From Eledone cirrhosa (Eukaryota): DNA of 64,000 nucleotides. Of this stretch, positions 30,001-41,305 are shown one piece after another. Made by a program: the position numbers and the translations under genes. Position 1 is the stretch's first letter, and the number at the start of each line of letters is the position of its first letter. The DNA lies in assembly GCA_964016885.1 (NCBI GenBank), contig OZ024745.1:8246001-8310000 (forward strand), written 5' to 3'. Below the pieces are notes generated by a model, which ran no database searches, was not told the DNA's origin, and worked only from the letters and a program-made list of their open reading frames with translations.

Positions 30001-33000
30001 GACAGACTGAGGGTTATAGTAAAGACACTTAAGCTTAGTGACAGGCTGAGTGTTATACTCAAGACACTTAAGCTTAGTGACAGGGTGAGTGTTATAGTCA
30101 AGACACTTAATCTTATTGACAGGCTGAGTGTTATAGTCAAGACACTTAATCTTAGTGACAGGCTGAGTATTATAGTCAAGACTCTTAAGCTTAGTGAGAG
30201 ACTGATTGTTATAATCAAGACACTTAACTGACTGACAGACTGAGTGTTATAGTAAAGACACTTAAGCTTAGTGACAGGCTGAGTGTTATACTCAAGACAC
30301 TTAAGCTTATTGACAGGGAGAGTGTTATAGTCAAGACACTTAATTTTAGTGACAGGCTGAGTGTTATAGTCAAGACACTTAAGCTTAGTGACAGGCTGAG
30401 TATTATAGTCAAGACACTTAAGCTTAGTGACAGGCTGAGTGTTATACTCAAGACACTTAAGCTTAGTGACAGGCTGAGTGTTATAGTCAAGACACTTAAG
30501 CTTAGTGACAGGCTGAGTATTATATTCAAGACACTTAAGCTTAGTGACGGGCTGAGTGTTATAATCAAGTCACTTAAACTTAGTGACAGGCTGAGTGTTA
30601 TACTCAAGACACTTAAGCTTAGTGACAGGCAGGGTGTTATAGTCAAGACACTTAAGCTTAGTGACAGGCTGAGTGTTATAGTCAAGACACTTAAGCTTAG
30701 TGACAGGCTGAGTGTTATAATCAAGACACTTAAGCTTAGTGACTGGCTGAGTGTTATAGTCAAGACACTTAAGCTTAGTGACAGGCTGAGTGTAATAGTC
30801 AAGACACTTAAGCTTAGTGACAGGCTGAGTGCTATACTCAAGACACTTAAGCTTAGTGACGGGCTGAGTGTTATAGTGAAGACACTTAAGCTTAGTGACA
30901 GGCTGAGTGTTATAGTCAAGTCACTTAAGCTTAGTGACAGGCTGAGTGTTATAGTCAAGACACTTAAGCTTAGTGACAGGCTGAGTGTTATAGTCAAGAC
31001 ACTTAAGCTTAGTGACAGGCTGAGTGTTATAGTCAAGACACTTAAGCTTAGTGACAGGCTGAGTGTAATAGTCAAGACACTTAAGCTTAGTGACAGACTG
31101 AGTATTATAGTCAAGACACTTAAGCTTAGTGACAGGCTGAGTGTTATACTCAAGACACTTAAGCTTAGTGACAGGCTGAGTATTTTATTCAAGACACTTA
31201 AGCTTAGTGACGGGCTGAGTGTTATAATCAAGTCACTTAAACTTAGTGACAGGCTGAGTGTTATACTCAAGACACTTAAGCTTAGTGACAGGCTGTGTGT
31301 TATAGTCAAGACACTTAATCTTAGTAACAGGCTGAGTGTTATAATCAATACACTTAAGCCTAGTGACAGTCTTAGTGTAATAGTCAAGACACTTAAGCTT
31401 TGTGACAGGCTGAGTGTTATATTCAAGATACTTAAGTTAGTGACGGACTGAGTGTTATAGTCAAGACACTTAAGCTTAGTGACAGACTAAGTGTTATAGT
31501 CAAGACACTTAAGCATAGTGACAGGCTGAGTGTTATAATCAAGACACTTAAGCTGACTGACAGACTGAGTGTTATAGTAAAGACACTGATGCTTAGTGAC
31601 AGGCTGAGTGTTATAGTCAAGACACTTAAGCTTAGTGACAGGCTGAGTGTAATAGTCAAGACACTTAAGCTTAGTGACAGGCTGAGTGCTATACTCAAGA
31701 CACTTAAGCTTAGTGACGGGCTGAGTGTTATAGTCAAGACACTTAAGCTTAGTGACAGGCTGGGTGTTATAGTCAAGACACTTAAGCTTAGTGACAGGCT
31801 GAGTGTTATAATCAAGACACTTAATCTTAGTGACAAGCTTTTGGTTATACTCAAGACACTTAAGCTTAGTGACAGGCTGAGTATTATAGTCAAGACACTT
31901 AAGCTTAGTGACAGGCTGAGTGTTATACTCAAGATACTTAAGCTTAGTGACAGGTTGAGTATTATATTCAAGACACTTAAGCTTAGTGACGGGCTGAGTG
32001 TTATAATGAAGTCACTTAAACTTAGTGACAGGCTGAGTGTTATACTCAAGACACTTAAGCTTAGTGACAGGCTGGGTGTTATAGTCAAGACACTTAAGCT
32101 TAGTAACAGGCTGAGTGTTATAATCAAGACACTTAAGCCTAGTGACAGGCTTAGTGTAATAGTCAAGACACTTAAGCTTTGTGACAGGCTGAGTGTTATA
32201 TTCAAGACACTTATGTTAGTGACGGACTGAGTGTTATAGTCAAGACACTTAAGCTTAGTGACAGACTAAGTGTTATAGTCAAGACACTTAAGCATAGTGA
32301 CAGGCTGAGTGTTATAATCAAGACACTTAAGCTGACTGACAGACTGAGTGTTATAGTAAAGACACTTAAGCTTAGTGACAGGCTGAGTGTTATACTCAAG
32401 ACACTTAAGCTTAGTGACAGGCTGAGTATTTTATTCAAGACACTTAAGCTTAGTGACGGGCTGAGTGTTATAATCAAGTCACTTAAACTTAGTGACAGGC
32501 TGAGTGTTATACTCAAGACACTTAAGCTTAGTGACAGGCTGGGTGTTATAGTCAAGACACTTAATCTTGGTAACAGGCTGAGTGTTATAATCAATACACT
32601 TAAGCCTAGTGACAGTCTTAGTGTAATAGTCAAGACACTTAAGCTTTGTGACAGGCTGAGTGTTATATTCAAGATACTTAAGTTAGTGACGGACTGAGTG
32701 TTATATTCAAGACACTTAAGCTTAGTGACAGACTAAGTGTTATAGTCAAGACACTTAAGCATAGTGACAGGCTGAGTGTTATAATCAAGACACTTAAGCT
32801 GACTGACAGACTGAGTGTTATAGTAAAGACACTGATGCTTAGTGACAGGCTGAGTGTTATAGTCAAGACACTTAAGCTTAGTGACAGGCTGAGTGTAATA
32901 GTCAAGACACTTAAGCTTAGTGACAGGCTGAGTGCTATACTCAAGACACTTAAGCTTAGTGACGGGCTGAGTGTTATAGTCAAGACACTTAAGCTTAGTG

Positions 33001-35570
33001 ACAGGCTGAGTGTTATAGTCAAGTCACTTAAGCTTAGTGACAGGCTGAGTGTTATAGTCAAGACACTTAAGCTTAGTGACAGGCTGAGTGTTATAGTCAA
33101 GACACTTAAGCTTAGTGACAGGCTGAGTGTTATAATCAAGACACTTAATCTTAGTGACAAGCTTTTGGTTATACTCAAGACACTTAAGCTTAGTAACAGG
33201 CTGAGTATAATAGTCAAGACACTTAAGCTTAGTGACAGGCTGAGTGTTATACTCAAGACACTTAAGCTTAGTGACAGGTTGAGTATTATATTCAAGACAC
33301 TTAAGCTTAGTGACGGGTTGAGTGTTATAATCAAGTCACTTAAACTTAGTGACAGGCTGAGTGTTATACTCAAGACACTTAAGCTTAGTGACAGGCTGGG
33401 TGTTATAGTCAAGACACTTAAGCTTAGTAACAGGCTGAGTGTTATAATCAAGACACTTAAGCCTAGTGACAGGCTTAGTGTAATAGTCAAGACACTTAAG
33501 CTTTGTGACAGGCTGAGTGTTATATTCAAGACACTTATGTTAGTGACGGACTGAGTGTTATAGTCAAGACACTTAAGCTTAGTGACAGACTAAGTGTTAT
33601 AGTCAAGACACTTAAGCATAGTGACAGGCTGAGTGTTATAATCAAGACACTTAAGCTGACTGACAGACTGAGTGTTATAGTAAAGACACTTAAGCTTAGT
33701 GACAGGCTGAGTGTTATACTCAGTACACTTAAGCTTAGTGACAGGGTGAGTATTATATGCAAGACACTTAAGCTTAGTGACAGGCTGAGTGTTATACTCA
33801 AGACACTTAAGCTTAGTGACAGGCTGAGTGTTATAGTCAAGACACTTAAGCTTAGTGACAGGCTGAGTGTAATAGTCAAGACACTTAAGCTTAGTGACAG
33901 GCTGAGTGCTATACTCAAGACACTAAGCTTAATGACGGGCTGAGTGTTATAGTCAAGACACTTAAGCTTAGTGACAGGCTGAGTGTTATAGTCAACACAC
34001 TTAAGCTTAGTGACAGGCTGAGTGTTATAGTCAAGACACTTAAGTTTAGTGACAGGCTGAGTGTTATAGTCAAGTAACTTAAGCTTAGTGACGGGCTGAG
34101 TGTTATAGTCAAGACACTTAAGCTTATTGAGAGACTGAGTGTTATAATCAAGACACTTAAGCTTAGTGACAGGCTGAGTGTTATAGTCAAGACACTTAAG
34201 CTTAGTGACAGACTGAGTGTTATAGTCAAGACACTTAAGCTTAGTGACAGGCTGAGTGTTATAGTCAAGACACTTAAGCTTAATGACGGGCTGAGTGTTA
34301 TAGTCAAGACCCTGATGCTTAGTGACAGGCTGAGTGTTATAGTCAAGACACTTAATCTTAGTGACAAGCTGAGTGTTATAGTCAAGACACTTAAGCTTAG
34401 TGACAGGCTTAGTGTTATAGTCAAGTCACTTAAGCTTAGTGACAGGCTGAGTGTTATAGTCAAGACATTTAAGCTTAGTGACAGGCTTAGTGTTATAGTC
34501 AAGACACTTAAGCTTAGTGACAGGCTGAGTGTTATAGTCAAGACACTTAAGCTTAATGACGGGCTGAGTGTTATAGTCAAGACACTTAAGCTTAGTGACA
34601 GGCTGAGTGTTATACTCAATACACTTAAGCTTAGTGACAGGCTGCGTGTTATAGTCAAGACACTGATGCTTAGTGACAGGCTGAGTGTTATAGTCAAGAC
34701 ACTTAAGTTTAGTGACAGGCTGAGTGTTATAGTCAAGTAACTTAAGCTTAGTGACGGGCTGAGTGTTATAGTCAAGACACTTAAGCTTATTGAGAGACTG
34801 AGTGTTATAATCAAGACACTTAAGCTTAGTGACAGGCTGAGTGTTATAGTCAAGACACTTAAGCTTAGTGACAGACTGAGTGTTATAGTCAAGACACTTA
34901 AGCTTAGTGACAGGCTGAGTGTTATAGTCAAGACACTTAAGCTTAATGACGGGCTGAGTGTTATAGTCAAGACCCTGATGCTTAGTGACAGGCTGAGTGT
35001 TATAGTCAAGACACTTAATCTTAGTGACAAGCTGAGTGTTATAGTCAAGACACTTAAGCTTAGTGACAGGCTTAGTGTTATAGTCAAGTCACTTAAGCTT
35101 AGTGACAGGCTGAGTGTTATAGTCAAGACATTTAAGCTTAGTGACAGGCTTAGTGTTATAGTCAAGACACTTAAGCTTAGTGACAGGCTGAGTGTTATAG
35201 TCAAGACACTTAAGCTTAATGACGGGCTGAGTGTTATAGTCAAGACACTTAAGCTTAGTGACAGGCTGAGTGTTATACTCAATACACTTAAGCTTAGTGA
35301 CAGGCTGCGTGTTATAGTCAAGACACTGATGCTTAGTGACAGGCTGAGTGTTATAGTCAAGACACTTAATCTTAGTGACAGGCTGAGTGTTATAGTCAAG
35401 ACACTTAAACATAGTGACAGGCTTAGTGTTATAGTCAAGACACTTAAGCTTAGTGACAGGCTGAGTGTTATAGTCAAGACACTTAAGCTTAGTGACAGGC
35501 TGAGTGTTATAGTCAAGACACTTAAGCTTAGTGACAGGCTGAGTGTTATAGTCAAGACACTTAAGCTCAG
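1..35570. repeat. 39-bp tandem satellite array (~910 monomers, open at the left window edge); consensus GACACTTAAGCTTAGTGACAGGCTGAGTGTTATAGTCAA
   Basis: Uninterrupted head-to-tail repetition from base 1 to ~35567, then a degenerate partial monomer (TTAAGCTCAGATATGGCTTAGT). Recurrent 38-bp (CTTAAGTTAG) and 40-bp (AAGAAAACTTAA) variants. The consensus monomer has overlapping CTTAAG and AAGCTT sites. Confidence 0.99.
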
Positions 35571-36253
35571 ATATGGCTTAGTACAGTCCAGTTTGTGATA
35601 TCCACCGTGGGAACAACAACAATGTATAACGAGAATGATGAGTTGAAAACCTCGCTGAATATAGTTTATAGAGATCTTCCTTTGGCAATATGACTTGCTC
35701 TAGATATGTTCTTAGGGCTCAACTAATATCTTATATCAATACCAGAATTATGATGTCGACGACTAGTGCAGTTTTACATTGCAGTCTTTATCTATATAGC
35801 AGGGATTAAACATAGTTAAGATGTGTAATAAAACTCAAACATGTTATAATTAGTAGTGGGCTCTACGTAATTATGTAGCTATTTAAAACTTGGTAGAAAG
35901 AGTCGACGAAAGTTTAGTATTATTTACAGTTCATTATCCTAAAACTGATATACTATTCATTTCATTTAACACATAAAAAATATTAATAATGTCAAATATG
36001 AAATGCCTCTTGGAACATATAGCTTATTAACCTTATTTAATTAAGACTTGCGACGTTTACGTTTGCTCAATGACATTAATGAGAGAAATAAAATTAAACG
36101 GGAATGAAACGGAGTTAACTCTGGTGGCCGCCACCTTAGTTCCATACACCTCTGGGTCGTAGCGACAAAACAGCATTAGTTTTCTCCTATATTTTTCCCT
36201 TGAAATTCCATTCTATTGGATAATCATAATTTCGTTTCTTTCTCTGTACTTCA

Positions 36254-36255
<2 letters not shown>

Positions 36256-36345
<90 letters not shown>
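36256..36345. repeat. (GA)n microsatellite
   Basis: Pure GA run of ~90 bp. Confidence 0.98.
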
Positions 36346-36351
<6 letters not shown>

Positions 36352-37200
36352 ATTGTTTCCAACAATGTTAGTTTGCAGCCCCTAGTTCAGTAGTTTCTCT
36401 CGTCGTTTATTAACTGGCTATAGAAGGCCCTAAGAAAGAAAGCGAGAGAGAAGGAGATAGAAAAAGAGACAGAGAGGGGGTGAGGAAGAAAAAGAAAGAA
36501 AGAAAGACATGGTAGTTCATTGAAGAATGATCAAACGGTAGTCACCAATTGTCACATATACTTTCACGTCCTTTCTCTTATGTGCAAGCTCAAATGATTT
36601 TGAGTGGATAGGACAGAGCTTCTGTGAGTCGCTTTTAATCTCTTTCGCTCTTCCATTCATTTAAGCTCGTTTTTCTTCCTTTCTTTTTCTGTTCATTTTT
36701 TTCTCTACATTTTCATCTTCATCTTCACCTACTATAATTAGTCATAAGAAATATCTTTTGAAGATTTATCTCCCATCATATATTTTATCTTATTTTGTTT
36801 AACGATCACATAAAATATGTCACTCGCTCTTACTAGCAATCACTTTTATACCAACTTGCTATCGATTAGAGTTAGTAAAATTTAGTCGATTAATATCTAT
36901 TTTATAACCACCAATCCCTCTCGCTTAATCTCTCCACATTCCGTCTTTTACATTGCCTTCAGCTCCATCCCTGTCTCTCCTTTTCTGTCACTTCTGTCCC
37001 CTTGTTTTAATTCGTTTTCCCGCTTAAAGATCATTAGTCCAAGTTAACAATCACCTCACTCCCTTATAAACGACCCCATTAAAGTGAAAACACCCGGAGT
37101 AGTTGCTCGTCAATAATCGTCTAATATCTGATCAAAGTAACGTGACTAATCACCTTGTCAACTATCTCCAACCTATTTCAAACACTCCCTTAACGCTCTC

Positions 37201-37204
<4 letters not shown>

Positions 37205-37289
<85 letters not shown>
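37205..37289. repeat. Compound (TA)n(GA)n microsatellite
   Basis: Directly visible. Confidence 0.97.
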
Positions 37290-37292
<3 letters not shown>

Positions 37293-37487
37293 ATGTATCC
37301 CTTTCTGTTGATAACTATACCTTTATAGTCAATAGTTTCAAATGATCTTCTATGTCCATTCTACCCTCCAACTTTCCTCTCTCTCTGTATATTCGTATGT
37401 ACATATGTATGTATATATGTATATTTGTATGTATGTACTTATATTCTTACCAACTCTATGTACCTATCAATCTATCAATCTATCTCA

Positions 37488-37830
37488 CTACCTACCTACC
37501 TACCTACCTACCTACCTACCTACCTACCTACCTACCTACCTACCTACCTACCTACCTACCTATCTCTCTATCTCTCTCTCTCTCTCTACCTACCTACCTA
37601 CCTACCTACCTACCTATCTCTCTATCTCTCTCTCACTCTACCTACCTACCTACCTACCTACCTATCTCTCTCTCTACCTACCTACCTACCTACCTACCTA
37701 CCTACCTATCTCTCTACCTCTCTCTCTCTCTACCTACCTACCTACCTACCTACCTACCTACCTACCTACCTACCTACCTACCTACCTACCTACCTACCTA
37801 CCTACCTACCTATCTCTCTATCTATCTATC
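37488..37830. repeat. (CTAC)n tetranucleotide array interrupted by (CT)n/(CTAT)n
   Basis: Directly visible; source of the spurious 'LPTY' ORFs. Confidence 0.97.
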
Positions 37831-38043
37831 ACTATATAACAACATACCCATTATCAAAACTACTTATATATCTAGTATATAATAGGTTGTGTGTGTGATT
37901 GTGTGTGATCTAGTAGGTGTGTGTGTGGTGGAGATAATGTGTGTTTTTGTTTAAATGACTTCTCCATAAAATTGCATGTGTTAATTATTATTTGTGTGTA
38001 TATATGATAATTGAGTGTGTGTGTGTCTGATTTACATAAGTAT

Positions 38044-38044
<1 letters not shown>

Positions 38045-38105
<61 letters not shown>

Positions 38106-38213
38106 CATGCACATGCACACACACACAAACACACACACACACACACACACTCACACACACAAACACACACACAAATATGTATATATATGTATGTATGTGT
38201 GTGTGTGTGTGTG
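38045..38213. repeat. (CA)n microsatellite followed by (TA)/(TG)n
   Basis: Directly visible. Confidence 0.96.
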
Positions 38214-38474
38214 TTTATACAAAAGCAAAAACTATCGATCACCATTAAAAGTACATGCAGCCTCATGTTGATAGCGCCCTCTATAGTTTTGTGACACCAG
38301 CTAATGATTGCCGCGCCTGCGCAAAGGCACACACACAAGTAACCACATGCAAACACAGGTATACACACATAGACACAGGTAAACGTATAAAGATATACAT
38401 AAAACCATATATACACTTTCTCATATTCACTTTCATCACTTTTTTACAAATACATCTGTCGGTGATTCTATGAG

Positions 38475-38540
<66 letters not shown>
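38475..38540. repeat. Compound (CT)n(TA)n(GT)n microsatellite
   Basis: Directly visible. Confidence 0.96.
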
Positions 38541-38541
<1 letters not shown>

Positions 38542-38684
38542 TAAGTTCGAACTTTGAAGCACTGAAGGGTTATGAATTTCATAGAAAATGTAGACACAGA
38601 AAATGACTGTAAACACAGTTGCTTTAAATAATAGCATATAAAAGCGGGTAAAATACCCCTAGAGACGGGAGAAGGTGGTCAGAA

Positions 38685-38757
38685 GTAGCTACGAGGAATG
38701 GAACCTCATATCTATCAGATACTAGCTGACTGCGGTAACAGTTTGAGCTAAAGGGCC
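38685..38757 (-). pseudogene. Degenerate tRNA-like sequence (anticodon AGT, tRNA-Thr-like); pseudo-tRNA or the head of a SINE whose body may run to the microsatellite at ~38540
   Basis: Minus strand reads GGCCCTTTAGCTCAAACTGTTACCGCA GTCAG CTAGTAT CTGAT AGATAT GAGG TTCCATT CCTC. It has an A-box-like TAGCTCAAACTG, an anticodon stem GTCAG/CTGAT with loop CT-AGT-AT, and a T-arm GAGG/CCTC with B-box-like GGTTCCATTCC. The acceptor stem does not pair. Confidence 0.55.
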
Positions 38758-38858
38758 CCTGAGAACACTACCTGTGTGTATGTATATGTCTATATAAACA
38801 CACACACACATAAACACAAAGTGAAACCTTTGGTAACGAAACTACTTGATTATGGAGT

Positions 38859-39020
38859 GGGGTAGATTGGCAATATCGGTAGAGCGCCTGACAACAAAGT
38901 TAGCGACATAGAGTTACAGCCCTTTACGTTCTCAGTTCAAATTGCAACTTTCATCCTTACGGGATCGATAAAATAAAGTACCAGTAATGCATTAGGGGCG
39001 ATTTAATCGACTTTCCCTTT
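38859..39020 (+). mobile_element. tRNA-derived SINE, diverged copy (same family as the copies at 40051 and 40494)
   Basis: A box TGGCAATATCGG, B box CAGTTCAAAT. Shares the body CTTTCATCCTTACGGG.TCGATAAAATAAAGTACCAGTAATG with the two downstream copies. Confidence 0.8.
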
Positions 39021-39283
39021 GCCCATTATCCATTGCTGCAATATAGATGTGCCACATCTATAACAATGTTTGACTTAGGAACAAAACTTTCCTAACAGTA
39101 AGTCTACATCCAAAACATCCTTTAAAAAATTATTTCTACACAATTTATAAATAAAATTAAATACATAAAACACACAAAAAAGAAAAATCTTTCTCTATTT
39201 ATTGTTTTGTTTTACTTGATCGATATTTCAGAGAAGAGTGTGAACTTATAGTCACGAAGTCACTGAGAGGAACAAAAATAACA

Positions 39284-39338
39284 AGACAAACACCACATGT
39301 AGACAATCACTACATGTAGACAAACACCACATGTAGAC
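39284..39338. repeat. 17-bp minisatellite, about 3.2 copies (AGACAAACACCACATGT)
   Basis: Units start at 39284, 39301 and 39318. Confidence 0.85.
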
Positions 39339-39505
39339 TGAAGTCAATTGAAGATAAAAGCTAGCCAAATAAAACACTAACACACACATACACATACACA
39401 GAATTTACATGAGGGTGCCAAACAGACCTTTGTTTGAGAATCGATCTTTGCCATAAGTTTTTACTCGTTGTCAAATTATTGGAAAAACATGCAAAAAGGG
39501 TACTT

Positions 39506-39536
<31 letters not shown>

Positions 39537-39715
39537 ACGTGTGTGTGTGGAGGGAAAGAGAGAGTGGGGGGGGGGATTACATTCGTAAAAGTTCAGGCGA
39601 AAAAAGTTATGCCAACAAAGCTTCAAGCTCAATATAATTCCACGATCAGCCAAAAATGTTGATTCAGATAAATATAATGTCTTGACTAACTGTGTCATCT
39701 TGGATAGTCATCCAT

Positions 39716-39945
39716 TATATAAATCTGCTAGTTCACCTCTGGGAGTTGCATTGACGAAAACTATGCTATTTATTGCTGTCATACCACAAGTTCTTAATTC
39801 TTTCTATCTTATTCCAAAATGTTTTCCTATACATGGGGAAAGTTCCATTCACATCATTTACTACAATCTTTATCCATTTCGTCCTGGATCCTTTATACAT
39901 CCTGATCCTGTCTCTCTGATTGTAGCAAGAGGCATGTGGTGAATA
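39716..39945 (-). mobile_element. Probable decayed fragment of a Penelope-like retroelement ORF (post-RT thumb/linker region)
   Basis: Minus-strand translation HASCYNQRDRIRMYKG...DVNGTFPMYRKTFWNKIERIKNLWYDSNK, then after a frameshift SIVFVNATPRGELADLY. This matches my recollection of the PLE pattern SGY..R..D..G..PLYR...W...ER...WY...SV.FVP.TP..EL. Not verified by a search. Confidence 0.5.
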
Positions 39946-40050
39946 AAGTGTTGTATGTGTCTTTAATTCTTTAGGATTGCACATGCTGCAATTAGTATAT
40001 TATATTATAATATATTATACTATATTATATTACATTATAATATATCATGA

Positions 40051-40238
40051 GGGCGGTGAATTGGCAGTATCGGTAGAGGGTCGGACGCCATGCTTTCCAG
40101 CATAGTTATGTCTCTTTGCGGTCTGAGTTCAAATCCCGCTGAGGTTAACTTTGCTTTTCATCCTTACGGGGTCGATACAATAAAGTATCAGTAATGTACT
40201 GGGTAATTGCTGGCCTTGTGCCAAAAGTAGAAACAATT
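40051..40238 (+). mobile_element. tRNA-derived SINE (octopus-type)
   Basis: A box TGGCAGTATCGG (40062), B box GAGTTCAAATCCC (40125-40137), tail GCTGGCCTTGTGCCAAAAGTAGAAAC followed by AT-rich repeats. Confidence 0.85.
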
Positions 40239-40261
40239 ATATTATATTATATATATATAAA

Positions 40262-40445
40262 GACATTTTTTCCAATTCCATCCCGCCCATCCCCTCAATC
40301 TATCTTATTTCTCATTCTTTCTTCTGATGAAGGACTAGCGTCCGAAACGTTAAGACCCTCTTCCTACTATTTCAAGCGTTAACCTAATATGTCCCTTCCG
40401 TATACTCTACCGATTGTGTTGTTATTTCTGTTTACTTTTTACATA
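40262..40445 (+). mobile_element. ~190-bp HHR-bearing interspersed repeat (Penelope pseudo-LTR-like), copy 1
   Basis: Colinear homology with 43358-43550 (TTATTTCTCATTCT..GGACTA.CGTCCGAAACGT.AAGAC..TCAAGC.TTAA.CTAATAT..GTTTACTTTTT). Flanked by TA-rich microsatellites. Confidence 0.7.
40320..40355 (+). ncRNA. Minimal type I hammerhead ribozyme (Penelope-type, palindromic ACGU stem III)
   Basis: TCTT-CTGATGA-A-GGAC(TAGC)GTCC-GAAA-C-GT-T^AAGA. Stem I TCTT/AAGA, intact core boxes, 4-bp stem II, loopless ACGT stem III, predicted cleavage after GUU at 40351. Confidence 0.8.
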
Positions 40446-40493
40446 CATATATATATACATATGTGTGTATATATGTATAATATAATATAATAT

Positions 40494-40670
40494 AATTGTT
40501 TCTACTTTTTGGCACAAGCCAGCAATTATCTCAGTACATTACTGGTACTTTATTTTATCGACCCCGTAAGGATGAAAGGCAAAGTTAACCTCGGCGGGAT
40601 TTGAACTTAGATCGTAAAGGGACGTAACTATGCTGGAAAGCATAATCCAACCCTCTACCGATACTGCCAA
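40494..40670 (-). mobile_element. tRNA-derived SINE, inverted partner of 40051-40238
   Basis: Its reverse complement aligns to 40061-40238 with ~13 substitutions and a few small indels (hand count, ~90% identity). Confidence 0.85.
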
Positions 40671-40731
40671 TAATATAATATAATATAATATATTATAATA
40701 TAATATACTAATTGCAGACTTAGTATACTAA

Positions 40732-40775
40732 TTGATGATTCCAGACAGTTGTCTAGAAGAAACGGTCGTCAGTAA
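40732..40775 (+). ncRNA. Degenerate type I hammerhead ribozyme (second family)
   Basis: TTGATGA-TTCCAGAC(AGTT)GTCTAGAA-GAAA-C-GGTC-GT-C^AGTA. Stem II pairs 7/8, GAAAC box present, near-palindromic stem III ACGGTCGT, GUC triplet. C3 is changed to U and the 5' strand of stem I is disrupted. Confidence 0.55.
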
Positions 40776-40964
40776 TTGAATGTATTAAGCTAAAATTTGA
40801 TTGTTTTATATTTTGTATCTCTGCTCTGTAATACATCTGATAATTTTCATTGAGCTTTTTCTCTTACTGGTAATTGGGTAGTGCTTAATACTACCCTTTC
40901 ATATTAATAATTCTATATAACTCATATATAAATAATATTATTAGCATATATATATACATATATA

Positions 40965-40993
<29 letters not shown>

Positions 40994-40998
<5 letters not shown>

Positions 40999-41196
40999 AA
41001 TGAATATATGATAGGGATAAACACTGATACAAGTATACAAGTGTTTGCATTGCAAATGACCAAGTTAGCTAGATTGAAAAATACTAATTAAAATTATTTT
41101 AATTAGTATTTTTCAATCTAGCTAACTTGGTCATTTGCAATGCAAACACTTGTATACTTGTATCAGTGTTTATCCCTATCATATATTCAGTTGTAT
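40994..41196. repeat. Near-perfect palindrome, 101-bp arms, 1-nt centre (41095), abutting (TA)n on the left
   Basis: Arms are reverse complements apart from one mismatch (41000/41190). Confidence 0.95.
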
Positions 41197-41264
41197 TACA
41201 CGGCTCGGAAATATGCCTTTCTTTGAGCTATTTAATTGTAAAAGACTATTTGAGTTTATAACTC

Positions 41265-41297
<33 letters not shown>

Positions 41298-41305
<8 letters not shown>

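Noticed and set aside
1-35570. CRISPR array (palindromic repeat of similar size)
   Set aside because: No unique spacers, no cas genes, and a eukaryotic context. The same applies to the 69/72-bp array.
310-35598. Dozens of ORFs (SLSLSVLTITL, KTLKLSDRLSVIV, KCLDYNTQPVTKL repeats) as genes
   Set aside because: They are translations of a 39-bp (13-codon) unit with three stop-free frames, broken constantly by 38/40-bp monomers, with no unique domains.
35750-35790. CTAGT next to a small hairpin as a Helitron 3' end flanking the 39-bp array
   Set aside because: The hairpin is weak and lies on the wrong side of CTAG for a plus-strand end, with no other support.
36115-36140. GAGTTAACTC palindrome and GGTGG-CCG-CCACC hairpin
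   Set aside because: Short enough to occur by chance, with no associated element recognised.
37103-39698. Short ORFs such as LPTY, HTHT, CVCV and YIYI
   Set aside because: Microsatellite translations.
40061-40670. Bias of arm differences toward G.U-compatible pairs on the plus strand (about 9 of 13 substitutions), as an A-to-I editing or selection signature
   Set aside because: Too few sites. Several look like ordinary C-to-T changes (some at CpG), and the third SINE copy supports C as ancestral at the site that can be checked.
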